Notes under the pieces: generated by a model
The model's input: the letters and a program-made list of their open reading frames with translations, nothing else
Told to the model about the DNA's origin: nothing
Database searches by the model: none
Program-made: the position numbers and the translations under genes
Shown here: positions 46,189-54,993 of the stretch, piece after piece
How the letters are laid out: every line of letters starts with the position of its first letter
Position numbering within the stretch: the first letter of the stretch is position 1
DNA from: a virus
Lineage: Duplodnaviria; Caudoviricetes
Reading direction: 5' to 3' (one strand)
Virus record (IMG/VR): IMGVR_UViG_3300045977_000377
Location: 1-54,993 of that record
DNA length: 54,993 nucleotides

Positions 46189-46835
46189 CCCGGCGGCAGC
46201 AGATGATCGATCTCCCGCCGCGCTTTCTCCAATGCCTCCATGCCGCCGCGCTCCAGCCGCGCCAACTCTTCGAGCGCGGGCATGCCGGTGCGGAGCGACT
46301 CCTCGATCTCGGCGCGAGTCGCGAGCCTGCCTTCCGCGTACCACTCGACGGCGACCGGCGGGCCGATCTCGACCAGCGACTTCCCCTGTGGGTCGCGGAA
46401 CAGGCGATAGCTATGTGTGATCCAGACCGCGCAGCATCCGGGGTTCCGCTGGATCGGGCATCCGGCGACGTTCTCCATGGCCTCTCGCGTCAGATCGTCC
46501 TCGCGCCGCTTCGCCTGCGGCCGCGAGAGGAACGGGCAGAACTGCGCGCTCCACCGCGCGCACTCCGCGTGCGACGGCGGCTCGCTGGTGGTCCGGTTGA
46601 CGGCGCACATCGGGCCGATGGCGAACGCGAGATAGCTGCCGAGCCGGTCGCCGCACACCCAGCACCGACGGGAATTGACGCAACGCGCCCAGTGCTCCCA
46701 TGACGCAACGCGGAAGTCGCGCTTCCCGTCGATGGTCGCGACAAACGCCGGAACCGGATAGCCGCGCTCATCGATAGGCAGATCCTGCATGCGGATCGGG
46801 AGATCGCGCAGTTCAGGCCGCAGCCGGGTTCCCAT
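46185..46835 (-). CDS. conserved Cys/His phage protein
   Basis: RGYPVPAFV, CWVCG, GPMC..NRTTSEPPSH.EC, CPFL. Confidence 0.65.
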   Translation of the reverse strand: MGTRLRPELRDLPIRMQDLPIDERGYPVPAFVATIDGKRDFRVASWEHWARCVNSRRCWVCGDRLGSYLAFAIGPMCAVNRTTSEPPSHAECARWSAQFCPFLSRPQAKRREDDLTREAMENVAGCPIQRNPGCCAVWITHSYRLFRDPQGKSLVEIGPPVAVEWYAEGRLATRAEIEESLRTGMPALEELARLERGGMEALEKARREIDHLLPPG

Positions 46836-47316
46836 TTGCCTCCTTTGTTTCCAGCGGCGCGAAGCTCACGGCTTCGAGCGGCGCGAAGTAGAATTCCTGC
46901 TCGATGGTTTGGTATCGAGAGTCCTTGCGGCGCTCGATCCACCAGCGAGTTCGGCTCGATCCCAGAACAAAAGCCGCATGTGTGCCCGCGCGATTCAGGA
47001 TCACGTAAGCGTAGGGCTTCGGCTTCGCCCGGTCGAATGAGTTACGCGAGCACACGATGAAGCCGTCGGGAAAGGGCCAGTCGGCGCGGCAGGTAAACTC
47101 CAGCGAGCGTTGCTTGACCTCGACGCGCATCAGAATACTGAGATCGCCTTCGTCCACGTATTCGAGCCAGTCGGAATCAGTCGGAGCATATTCCATCGGC
47201 GGCACGCCGACCGTGTATCCGCGCGCGTTCAGCCACATCGCGACTCTCCAACGCGCCGCCTCGCTGACTTCGAGATTGACCAGAACCTGCTCGTGATCTT
47301 CCTCGGCCTTATTCAT
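46813..47316 (-). CDS. PD-(D/E)XK-like nuclease
   Basis: DEGDL....RVEVKQR. Confidence 0.55.
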   Translation of the reverse strand: MNKAEEDHEQVLVNLEVSEAARWRVAMWLNARGYTVGVPPMEYAPTDSDWLEYVDEGDLSILMRVEVKQRSLEFTCRADWPFPDGFIVCSRNSFDRAKPKPYAYVILNRAGTHAAFVLGSSRTRWWIERRKDSRYQTIEQEFYFAPLEAVSFAPLETKEANGNPAAA

Positions 47317-47488
47317 CGTCGTTCCTCCTCCGCGCCGCACGCGCGGCATCGAGTGATCACTGCCTGCCGCCGCTCCGCGCCGCCGTCAGGCGCGACCACG
47401 CCGGTCGCGTAGTCGGTCACGTAGTCGTACAGATCCGTCGAGCCGCACACGTAGCAGCCATCGTCGAGCGTCAGATCGACCACGAGGA

Positions 47489-47839
47489 TCATCCCTCGAA
47501 CCCAAGGTTCTCCTGCTTCTCCAGCCACGTCAGCGGCTCCATCCGGAGCACGTCGTTGGTGTCCATGCGGAGGATCTTCGCGAAGTCGGCGCCCTTCTCC
47601 ACAATCCGGACCACCTCGACCTCGACCGTCTTGTGGCGCGTGTGAACGATGTCGGCCAACTCCGCGATGCGCTTGGAGGCGGCATTCATCCGGCCCGCGA
47701 TTTCCGAGACCGCTGTCTTGCGCTCGGCCCTCGCCGCTTCCAGTTCCTTCTCGGCGGCCGCTAGCTCCGCGCTGAACTTCGCGAACTCCTCGTCGGTGAT
47801 CTTGTCGCGCACCGTCTCGTACTTGCGCTCGTCACTCAT
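47489..47839 (-). CDS. coiled-coil hypothetical protein ending QENLGF
   Basis: 116 aa, ATGA coupling. Confidence 0.55.
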   Translation of the reverse strand: MSDERKYETVRDKITDEEFAKFSAELAAAEKELEAARAERKTAVSEIAGRMNAASKRIAELADIVHTRHKTVEVEVVRIVEKGADFAKILRMDTNDVLRMEPLTWLEKQENLGFEG

Positions 47840-48680
47840 GGGGCTCTTCCTCCTCCGGCGGCTGAACTTTGTAATCGGACACGATGACGCCCTTCTTCTC
47901 GGTCCCGCGCGCGTGCGACGGAATCCAGAAGTTGCCGTACTGCCCTCGGCCGAAGAGCCCCTTGCCGGTGGGCGGATAGTATGCGAAGTGCCCTCGGCAA
48001 AGATGCAGCGCTCGCTCCAGGCCGACCGACTCGATCTTGCCTTCCGACCGGAGAATGCTCTTCAGCCCTTCGATCTCCAGCGTCTGGTAGCGCAGCATGG
48101 GCGGCTTGCCGCGCTCCAGGTTGCGCTTGACGAGCTTCGGCGGCGGGGCGTGCTCGACGCGCGGCACGCTCTTGCAGTGCATGAACATGATGCCGAGCAG
48201 GATCGGCGTCATCGTCTGGTTGGCGAAGTTTGACATGAACTCGCGCGTCATTCCCGGCATCGGCATCGGATGCAGCGAGACGGTCGAATCGGCCAACTCG
48301 CCTTGCTCGTTGAGCGGCAGCGTCTGAACGCAGTAACAGCGGGCCGCTCCGTCGGCATGCCCGCCGGAGACCATCACCATTTCGAGAGCCCACTCCGGCC
48401 GCCGGAGTTCTGTGCAGAGCGCGCCGATGGTCATCCGCTCGCGCTCGGCCGGATCGGGCGGGATGAGATACTCCATCCAAAATTGCGGGAACGGCGGCGC
48501 CACCAGCCCGAGCCGATGGTATCCGCCGGGGTTGAAGTGCGCCCGCTCTGCGGAATACGCTGCGACGTTATCGATCACGATGACCGGCGCCCTGGACACG
48601 GCCCGCCGGAAGGCTTCGACCCTATGCGGCAGCAAATTCAAAATAGCCGCCGTCTGCACCTCTTCCGCCAAACGCCGCAT
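47832..48680 (-). CDS. conserved phage protein with HxCRGH motif (paralogue 2)
   Basis: aligns by eye with 34689..35612. Confidence 0.7.
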   Translation of the reverse strand: MRRLAEEVQTAAILNLLPHRVEAFRRAVSRAPVIVIDNVAAYSAERAHFNPGGYHRLGLVAPPFPQFWMEYLIPPDPAERERMTIGALCTELRRPEWALEMVMVSGGHADGAARCYCVQTLPLNEQGELADSTVSLHPMPMPGMTREFMSNFANQTMTPILLGIMFMHCKSVPRVEHAPPPKLVKRNLERGKPPMLRYQTLEIEGLKSILRSEGKIESVGLERALHLCRGHFAYYPPTGKGLFGRGQYGNFWIPSHARGTEKKGVIVSDYKVQPPEEEEPHE

Positions 48681-48964
48681 CTACTCCCCCTCTCCCGGCT
48701 CGCGCGCCGCCGGTTGCGCCTGCGGCTTCCCGCGCTTGAAAGCGTCCCGATCCGGACAGTTCGCCCAGTGGGGCTCGCCGGTCGCCTCGAAGGGCGAGCG
48801 CTTCCCGTTGGTGTACTCGACCCAGATGACCGGCGCGCGGCAGTGGCGGCCGCTGCAGAATCCGCGATTGCCGACGCGCGCGAGCAGGAACGTCATCCAC
48901 TCGCGAACCCTCGCGAGCCTCGCCTCGCAGTCGACCCAATCGTTGTATGCCGCGTCTCCGTCCA

Positions 48965-49243
48965 TCATTGCTCTGTCTTCCCGATGTCGATAAACGGCTC
49001 GCGCGTCCATTCCTCAGTAAACGGCGGGACCGATAAAAACTTGCCTGGACCGTCATTCGGGTTCAGGCAGATATTGCAGATCAACTCGTCGCCCGAGATA
49101 TCGCCTACAACTTGCAGCGCGCCTGGATGGATGGACAAGTGCTGCCCGCAGCGGCCGCATTGCCGCGTGTAGTCCGTCCTCGGATGCGCTCGGGGCGCGT
49201 CCGTCGCGCGCATTGCGACCATCAATCGCCCGCTCACCGGCAC
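48965..49243 (-). CDS. Zn-finger protein
   Basis: CGRCG...IHPG...LICNIC; similar to 34405..34680. Confidence 0.5.
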   Translation of the reverse strand: MPVSGRLMVAMRATDAPRAHPRTDYTRQCGRCGQHLSIHPGALQVVGDISGDELICNICLNPNDGPGKFLSVPPFTEEWTREPFIDIGKTEQ

Positions 49244-49887
49244 ACCAGATGCGTGTTCAGCCGCATGTCCGCGCCGTCGACATCGACGCCGCTCTCGATG
49301 GCTTTACGGATGGTGGAGATCGAGGGCTCGGCTTTCACGCGCACCGAGGCGGCCGCGCCCGCCACATCGTCGGAGCCGCTCCGCTCGACCAACTGCACGA
49401 TGGCCTCCCACAACCAGAGCGGCAGCTTCACCTCGGCATTCTGATACTCGGACGGAATCAGATCCGGATCGAGGATGTCGACCGCTTTCGTCTCGCGCAG
49501 AAAGAGCGTGCTCTCGGGCGTCTTGATCCGCTTGAGACCGTTGGCCCGCATCACGCGCACGGTGTAGTCGCGAAGCCCGCGCAAGGCCCGCTCGACGGCC
49601 TGCTCCTTGACCTTCAGCCGGTCGCGCCGCTGGTGCAACGCGCCGCGCTCGATGTCGAGCCGGTCGAGCACCGCCGCGAGCGCGTCGGACTTCGCGGCGA
49701 GTTCGGATCGGATGCGGTCCAGGTGGACCTCGACCTCCGCGATGTCGCGCGTGATCTCGTCGCGCTCCTCATCCGGCGGCCCGGCGGCCATGCGCTCTTC
49801 GAGCATCGCGCGCGTCTCTTCATACGTGGTGAGATCGTCCGCGATGACGTAGAACGTGCGGTCATTGACGGTGACTTCCATCGTCAT
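49234..49887 (-). CDS. siphovirus Gp157-family protein
   Basis: coiled coil, IPSEY, IRKAIESG.DVDGA; next to the recombinase. Confidence 0.75.
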   Translation of the reverse strand: MTMEVTVNDRTFYVIADDLTTYEETRAMLEERMAAGPPDEERDEITRDIAEVEVHLDRIRSELAAKSDALAAVLDRLDIERGALHQRRDRLKVKEQAVERALRGLRDYTVRVMRANGLKRIKTPESTLFLRETKAVDILDPDLIPSEYQNAEVKLPLWLWEAIVQLVERSGSDDVAGAAASVRVKAEPSISTIRKAIESGVDVDGADMRLNTHLVCR

Positions 49888-50858
49888 TCGGGTTGCGCCT
49901 CCTGCGCCTCGGCCTGCTCCCGCGCCTGCTCCTCCTCGCGCTCCTGCAGGGCTCGCTGATGAGCGTGCCACGCCGCAGTGAACGCGCGCTTCGCCTTCGA
50001 GACCATGCGCGCCTCGCCCGGCCCGAGCCCGTGCTCCATGAGGATCTGGTCGAGCGCGTCCTCGGGCAGCGCCTTCTTCCACTCCTCGCGCAACTCCGCG
50101 AACGTCGGGTCGATCACCTTGGGGTCGCGCGAGAAGTTGCCGAGGATCTGATCGAGCACACTCTCGGGGCTCAACGGTTGCGGCGTCTGGTCGATGGGCT
50201 CGCCGGGCTCGACGGCGGCGGCCGGTCGCGGGCTCCACATCGGCGGCCGCCCGCGCGTCGGCGGCTCGTTGTCCGCTTGCCCCATCTCCTCGTCGGTATA
50301 CATCCCGCTCAAGTCTTCGGGGAAAGCCTTGCGGAGAGCCCCGCTCTCGCAGCATTTACACAATTGGTTGGCGGGCATCTTCTGCCACATGGAGTTGGGG
50401 TGGCCGTCTCGGGTCTTCTGCACGTACTCCGAATACAACGCGACGGCGACTATCGGCTCGCGAAAGCCCGCGCGATAGACCGCGATTTTGGCGGCAGCGG
50501 GCGGCTTCGAGTCCAGCCAAACATCTTTCCACTTGCCGTCGGGGCCGCACCACAGCGGCGGCATCTGCCCCTCGTATTTGCCGGTGCGCGCGGCTATGGT
50601 CCGGAAGCCGTCGATCCCGGTCTGAAACGTCATGACGTTCCGCTTCAGGTCGCTGTCCCACCGCTTGATCATGTAGATCTGGCGGCCGAACGGATCGAGG
50701 TTCTTGCGATTGCAGACCTCGATGAAGAGCCGCAGTTCCTCGTCGGTAGCGCCCCGGCAGATGGTGTCCTTGAGCAGTTCCACCTGCTCGCGCGTGATCA
50801 CCGGCCCCGGCGCGGCGGGCTGATGGACGAGCGCTCCGCTCTGGACCTCCGGCGTCAC
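49884..50858 (-). CDS. bet: phage recombination protein Bet (RecT/Redbeta family)
   Basis: LDPFGRQIY, GIDGFRTIA.RTG.Y.G, W.KMP...L.KC.E..ALRKAFP, Y.DEEM. Confidence 0.88.
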   Translation of the reverse strand: MTPEVQSGALVHQPAAPGPVITREQVELLKDTICRGATDEELRLFIEVCNRKNLDPFGRQIYMIKRWDSDLKRNVMTFQTGIDGFRTIAARTGKYEGQMPPLWCGPDGKWKDVWLDSKPPAAAKIAVYRAGFREPIVAVALYSEYVQKTRDGHPNSMWQKMPANQLCKCCESGALRKAFPEDLSGMYTDEEMGQADNEPPTRGRPPMWSPRPAAAVEPGEPIDQTPQPLSPESVLDQILGNFSRDPKVIDPTFAELREEWKKALPEDALDQILMEHGLGPGEARMVSKAKRAFTAAWHAHQRALQEREEEQAREQAEAQEAQPE

Positions 50859-51109
50859 CGGCTCTTGCCTCTGGTTTTGCGCGGCTTCTCGGCCTTCGCC
50901 TTCGCGCCGTTCAACGCGCCCTCGGGCACGGCCTCCAAATGTTTGAGCGCGAGGTCCACGATGATCTGCCCCTCGGAGATCCGAGAGACGGTGGATTGCT
51001 GTTTGAGCACGCGCGCGTACTGAATGCGTTGCTTGGCCTCGCGCGTCACCACAGTATTGATGCGCGCAAATTTATCCGACTCCCTGCGCTTGTCTGTTGC
51101 AGCCGCCAC
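50855..51109 (-). CDS. ribbon-helix-helix DNA-binding protein (Cro/Arc-equivalent)
   Basis: GTG start with AAGGAG RBS; RINTVVTREAKQRI...SEGQIIVDLA. Confidence 0.5.
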   Translation of the reverse strand: MAAATDKRRESDKFARINTVVTREAKQRIQYARVLKQQSTVSRISEGQIIVDLALKHLEAVPEGALNGAKAKAEKPRKTRGKSR

Positions 51110-51220
51110 TAGACGCTCCTTCTCAGGGACACACTGGTCCCGCTGGTCTAAGAGTTTGGCTTTCGGGGCTTTCCGACGCGCCTGAAGAATTGCCGCTGCG
51201 CGCCCCTTTGTAACGAGATA

Positions 51221-51250
51221 AAGATAGACCCGGCGGCAGGCGCCTGTCAA
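51221..51250 (-). promoter_or_regulatory. leftward early sigma70 promoter
   Basis: TTGACA-N18-TATCTT; IHF-like TAAGTTCTTGAAT immediately upstream. Confidence 0.55.
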
Positions 51251-51680
51251 GCAGGTAAGTTCTTGAATCACTATAAGTTGCCACCGCGCAGTAGTAGCGT
51301 CCGGTGGTAATTATGTGGCAAACAGGTGGCGGGATATCCCATGTGGCGAGGAGTCAGAAGGATAAGAGCGCGGTTGGTTCGGACAACCCCCATGCCGCCA
51401 TGTGGAAAACTTTTTTTAAAGAGCGCGGGCTGGAACCGGAGTAAGTAATCTGTCTGATTCGGAGCGCCACCGCTACGTGCATATCACAACGCAATAGCGG
51501 CCTGCTACACCACGGCATGCATACAGTGAAGCTGCCAACATTCCGAATGTGCCTGAACGCGCTGTCACGGCTTGCATAAACCCGGCACTTGTGCGGTGGC
51601 AATTTCGCCACCACGGGGAGTAGACTGCAATCACCAAGCAGAAGCGGCTTCGGTTTGAGAAAAACACGGGGGGTAGCCCA

Positions 51681-51941
51681 ATGAAGCGAAAGCCGCCGCC
51701 GGAGCGTGATGCGCTCCTGCGCGCGTTCACAAAGTGCCTGCGTGATCTGAGAAGGAGGCATCACATCGCGCAGGAAGCGCTGGCCGCGCAGGCCGGGATC
51801 GACCGGGCGTATATGGGCGGCCTGGAGCGCGGGAAGCACATGCCGTCGCTGGAGACGCTCTATAAGATCGCTTACGGCCTCGCCATCAGCTATCCCGACT
51901 TCGCGGTCGAGTTCGACCGCTGGCTCAGGCGCCTCGACTAG
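51681..51941 (+). CDS. XRE-family HTH repressor
   Basis: LRRRHHIAQEALAAQAGIDRAYMGGLERGKHMPSLETL; divergent from the early operon. Confidence 0.85.
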   Translation: MKRKPPPERDALLRAFTKCLRDLRRRHHIAQEALAAQAGIDRAYMGGLERGKHMPSLETLYKIAYGLAISYPDFAVEFDRWLRRLD

Positions 51942-52350
51942 GCCCGTTCGCGGGCATGCCGCGCTCGACGCGCCATTGCTCGACTTGCTGGAGCGTGATC
52001 TCCGACATGGCGAGGTTGGGCATCGCCGCCTGCACCGCTGCGTTGATCTGCGTCTCGACGGCGTCGGCTCGATCCGATTCGAGGAACGGCGCGAGATGGT
52101 CCGCGAGATGATCGGTCACGTCCGAAGTCTGCAAAGTGTGCGCCGCGATTTTGGCGGCGAAGTGATCCGGCGTCTGCGGAATTCGCTCGGCCATCAGGCG
52201 GCGGCGAATCCACTCGTTGTCCGGATTCGGCGGGACCGGCTGAGTCAACTGCCCGGCCGACCACGCCATGATCCCGCCGTAGAGCCGGTCGCGGACCACC
52301 GGACTTCTGGCATATTCCGCCATGGCGGCATATCGATTGGCAAGCGGCAT
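51925..52350 (-). CDS. hypothetical late protein (possible fibre assembly)
   Basis: 141 aa, GAGGAGG RBS; loosely similar to the upstream ORF. Confidence 0.5.
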   Translation of the reverse strand: MPLANRYAAMAEYARSPVVRDRLYGGIMAWSAGQLTQPVPPNPDNEWIRRRLMAERIPQTPDHFAAKIAAHTLQTSDVTDHLADHLAPFLESDRADAVETQINAAVQAAMPNLAMSEITLQQVEQWRVERGMPANGPSRGA

Positions 52351-52360
52351 GGGTTCCTCC

Positions 52361-52648
52361 TCAGACGATCTTGTTCACCACCGATTCGACGGCGGTTTGC
52401 AACGCGGCATCATCGATGGCCGCGCCCGCCGACTGGACGTTGGCGTCCATCACCACGGGCGGATGAAGCTCCGTCGCAACCTGCTCCGGTTGCTGGAACG
52501 TGCGCCGCGCCCAGTTCTCGCGACTGTTGTGCCCCTGGACGCTGTTCGCTTCGTTGAAAATGTAGTCGGCGTATTTCAGCGCCGCGACCTTGATCCGGCC
52601 CCGGAACGCGAAGTCGTTCATCAGAGCAGAGCTTTCCTCATACGTCAT
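52361..52648 (-). CDS. putative tail fibre chaperone
   Basis: MTYEESSALM..F.GRIKVA...DDAALQTAV; AAGGAG RBS directly after the fibre stop. Confidence 0.55.
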   Translation of the reverse strand: MTYEESSALMNDFAFRGRIKVAALKYADYIFNEANSVQGHNSRENWARRTFQQPEQVATELHPPVVMDANVQSAGAAIDDAALQTAVESVVNKIV

Positions 52649-52658
52649 GCTGTTCTCC

Positions 52659-54993
52659 TTATGTCCACTCAATCCAAGTACTGAAGCCACTGACATTCGC
52701 TTTGTAGTAGTAGTTCGGCAGTACGATGAAGATCACGCTCAGACTAATCGCTCCGCTGGTCCCGTTCGTCCCATTGACAAAAACAACCGTTGTCGGAGGA
52801 TTAAAGCTATCTGCATAGGCAGTGAAATATCCTGCGGTCAGACTGCCAATCGTGATGCTCACCATCATCGTTTTACCGGATGTGTTCTGATAAACCGTTC
52901 CCGATGCGCGTGAGCCCGTTACGTTGCTCTGCGCGGTAAAGCCGCCGCTAATGCCGGTCAGCCCCGCGCCATCTCCGATGAAGCTGGTAGCGCGGCAGGT
53001 GCCGTTGACGTCGAGGGGATAACCAGGACTCGCCGTCCCGATGCCCACGTTCCCGGTGGAGAGTATCGCAAGCCGAATCACCCCGCCAGTGTCCATCGCC
53101 AACCCGTGAGCCCCGCTTGCCACCAATTCATAAGACGCGCCGGAATCATAGATACTTAACCCGTTGCCCGTTCCGGTGAATCTTGCGATGTAGCCGGTCG
53201 CGCCGGTTGACACGTCGAGGCGAAGCGCTGGCGTGGTTCCGATTCCCACGTTGCCGCTGCTCAACATCGTCATGGCAATCGGCCCATTATTCACCATGAA
53301 ATACAGTGGATCGGCTGTAACCATGCGAATCATTCCGCCCGTGAATACCGTGCCGCTGATATTAATGTTGTTGGCGTAACCTACCAACAATCCGTAGCCG
53401 CCCGCCTTCCCCGCGCTATACCATGTGTCTTCTCCGCTGTTCGCCGTGATCTGCACGCGGGATCTGGTTGTGGTCAATTCAGCAGTCGCTCCGACCAGGA
53501 CATTGCCGTCTGCGGTGATTCGCATCCGCTCTATTGGCGTCGTGCCCATAACAGCGTCATTCGCATGCGTGGCGAACACCAACTGCCCGCCATACGCGCC
53601 GTAATAGAGTTGCCCGATATGCGCCGCCGTCCAGTTGTCAGAGTCGCGCACCCATGCAATACGATTGACGTTAGAGCCGTGATCGCTCGCATCGAGCGCA
53701 ATCAGAGTCCTGCCGCCGCCACTGACAAATCCGCCGACATGGAGCAGTGCGCGCGGATTCGCCGTCCCGATTCCCACGTTGCCGCCCACCGGGTTCAGCA
53801 ATAGCGGGAAACTGAATCCGCCATTGGTGACATGCGACACCTGGAGCCACATGCCCCATGGCGATGCATTGAGGCCCCCGACTTGCAGCGTCTGACCGTT
53901 GCCGTTGGGATGCGCGTGAAACGTGGCAAGTGGAGCCGTGGCGGAAAGAGACGGCGCCGACGCTGCTGCGGTCACCCATAAACGGGAGTCGGCTGTAAAT
54001 GTGCCTATGACGACATTGCCGTTATAGAACGTGATCGCGTTGTAATCCGTCCCACCGGCGCGATGCACAAAGCGGTGATAGAACCCATTGGCATCCCATA
54101 TGGTTTGCAGTTTCAGAGCATAAGACGAATTGCCGATTGACCACCATTGATGCTGGTAGGTTCCCTGTGACGGAGTAGCGATGTAACAATCTAATTGAGC
54201 TTGTGGATTTGTGGTGGCAATCCCCACGCTGCCCGCGTTGGTGATCCGCATCCGCTCCGTTAGTGCGCCCGATGTAACGCCGTTGCCGATAAGCAACGAT
54301 CCTGAGTTCATCCACGCCGCCGCCATATCGGCCCCGTCCTGCATCCCGATGCCGCCGCCGAAACTGCCAGCGACTTTAACGCCGATGCCCAACATGCCTA
54401 CGGCGCTCGTAGGAATCCAGCCGCTACCGCTGGCGTTAACCGTCACACGAGACGTTGCGGATGCCGTTCCCACGCCGATATTGCCCACGCTGTGGAGGTT
54501 GTAGCCCGCCGCGTCGATGTTCTGCGTCCAAGGCGTCTGCCCTGCGCTGGCCGTCCACTTCACGCCGAGAGCTTGCGCGGAATCCGCCACCAGGACGTAG
54601 CCGTTGGTCCCCACCGGGAGCCGCGACACCACGCTGGCCGATTGCCGCACGATCAGGTCGCCCTTGGTAGTGGTCGGGTCCACCATGCCGCCGACGCCGG
54701 TCACGTCGCCTTGCGTCAGCACTACCGCGCCCGTGCGCCCGAAGACGCTGGTCACGTTGGCCGCGACGGTCACGTCGCCCGTGAGGGCGCCGCCGCCGCT
54801 CATACCAGCCCCGGCGATGACTTGCCGGGTGGCCGGGACGCCGCCGCCAGCGGAGATGTCGGCCGCCGTCAGTGTCACGTCACCGATGCGGCCGAACACC
54901 GAGGTCACCTTCGCGTTGAGCGTGACATCGCCCGTCAGCGCGCCGCCGCCCGTCATGCCCGCGCCCGGCAGGACTTGCCGGGATGGCACCACG
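52659..54993 (-). CDS. tail fibre protein, C-terminal part
   Basis: VTSVFGR repeats, GNVGIGT/ERMRIT repeats, terminal YQNTSGK...VLPN.YY domain. Confidence 0.85.
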   Translation of the reverse strand, partial: VVPSRQVLPGAGMTGGGALTGDVTLNAKVTSVFGRIGDVTLTAADISAGGGVPATRQVIAGAGMSGGGALTGDVTVAANVTSVFGRTGAVVLTQGDVTGVGGMVDPTTTKGDLIVRQSASVVSRLPVGTNGYVLVADSAQALGVKWTASAGQTPWTQNIDAAGYNLHSVGNIGVGTASATSRVTVNASGSGWIPTSAVGMLGIGVKVAGSFGGGIGMQDGADMAAAWMNSGSLLIGNGVTSGALTERMRITNAGSVGIATTNPQAQLDCYIATPSQGTYQHQWWSIGNSSYALKLQTIWDANGFYHRFVHRAGGTDYNAITFYNGNVVIGTFTADSRLWVTAAASAPSLSATAPLATFHAHPNGNGQTLQVGGLNASPWGMWLQVSHVTNGGFSFPLLLNPVGGNVGIGTANPRALLHVGGFVSGGGRTLIALDASDHGSNVNRIAWVRDSDNWTAAHIGQLYYGAYGGQLVFATHANDAVMGTTPIERMRITADGNVLVGATAELTTTRSRVQITANSGEDTWYSAGKAGGYGLLVGYANNINISGTVFTGGMIRMVTADPLYFMVNNGPIAMTMLSSGNVGIGTTPALRLDVSTGATGYIARFTGTGNGLSIYDSGASYELVASGAHGLAMDTGGVIRLAILSTGNVGIGTASPGYPLDVNGTCRATSFIGDGAGLTGISGGFTAQSNVTGSRASGTVYQNTSGKTMMVSITIGSLTAGYFTAYADSFNPPTTVVFVNGTNGTSGAISLSVIFIVLPNYYYKANVSGFSTWIEWT

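Noticed and set aside
52659-52900. DGR variable region at the fibre C-terminus
   Set aside because: No reverse transcriptase and no adenine-mismatched template repeat seen in the window.
1-54993. tRNA, rRNA, IS elements, DNA methyltransferase, introns/inteins
   Set aside because: No recognisable signatures by eye; tRNAscan-SE, Rfam and HMM searches are needed to exclude them fully.

Overview
This window is an essentially complete, GC-rich temperate siphophage genome, cut inside its tail-fibre gene: bases 1-121 recur at 54873-54993 with one mismatch. Almost all genes lie on the minus strand. The late module is lambda-like (Nu1/gpA-type terminase, gpW, portal, S49 protease-scaffold, gpD, gpE) followed by neck, tail tube, frameshifted chaperones, tape measure, two large tail-tip proteins and a modular fibre. 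The early arm has an XRE repressor, RHH protein, Bet/RecT, Gp157, large serine integrase, radical SAM, VRR-NUC, HNH, an HTH replication initiator and many small Zn-finger ORFs. Four structures are not explained by these genes. (1) Two RNA hairpins flank the major capsid gene; their loops are complementary, and a second long-range pairing would release the capsid Shine-Dalgarno, suggesting a 5'-3' kissing-loop translation switch. (2) A ~3.3 kb island next to a lambda-like cos is bracketed by arrays of a 19-bp IHF-like motif and holds DnaA boxes, polar simple repeats and a small Fe-S gene operon. (3) A candidate attP lies inside the integrase 3' end, and recombination there would remove a -VAA degron-like tail. 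(4) Two leaderless promoters share a palindromic operator. Product calls are from motif recognition and gene order only; no database search was run.
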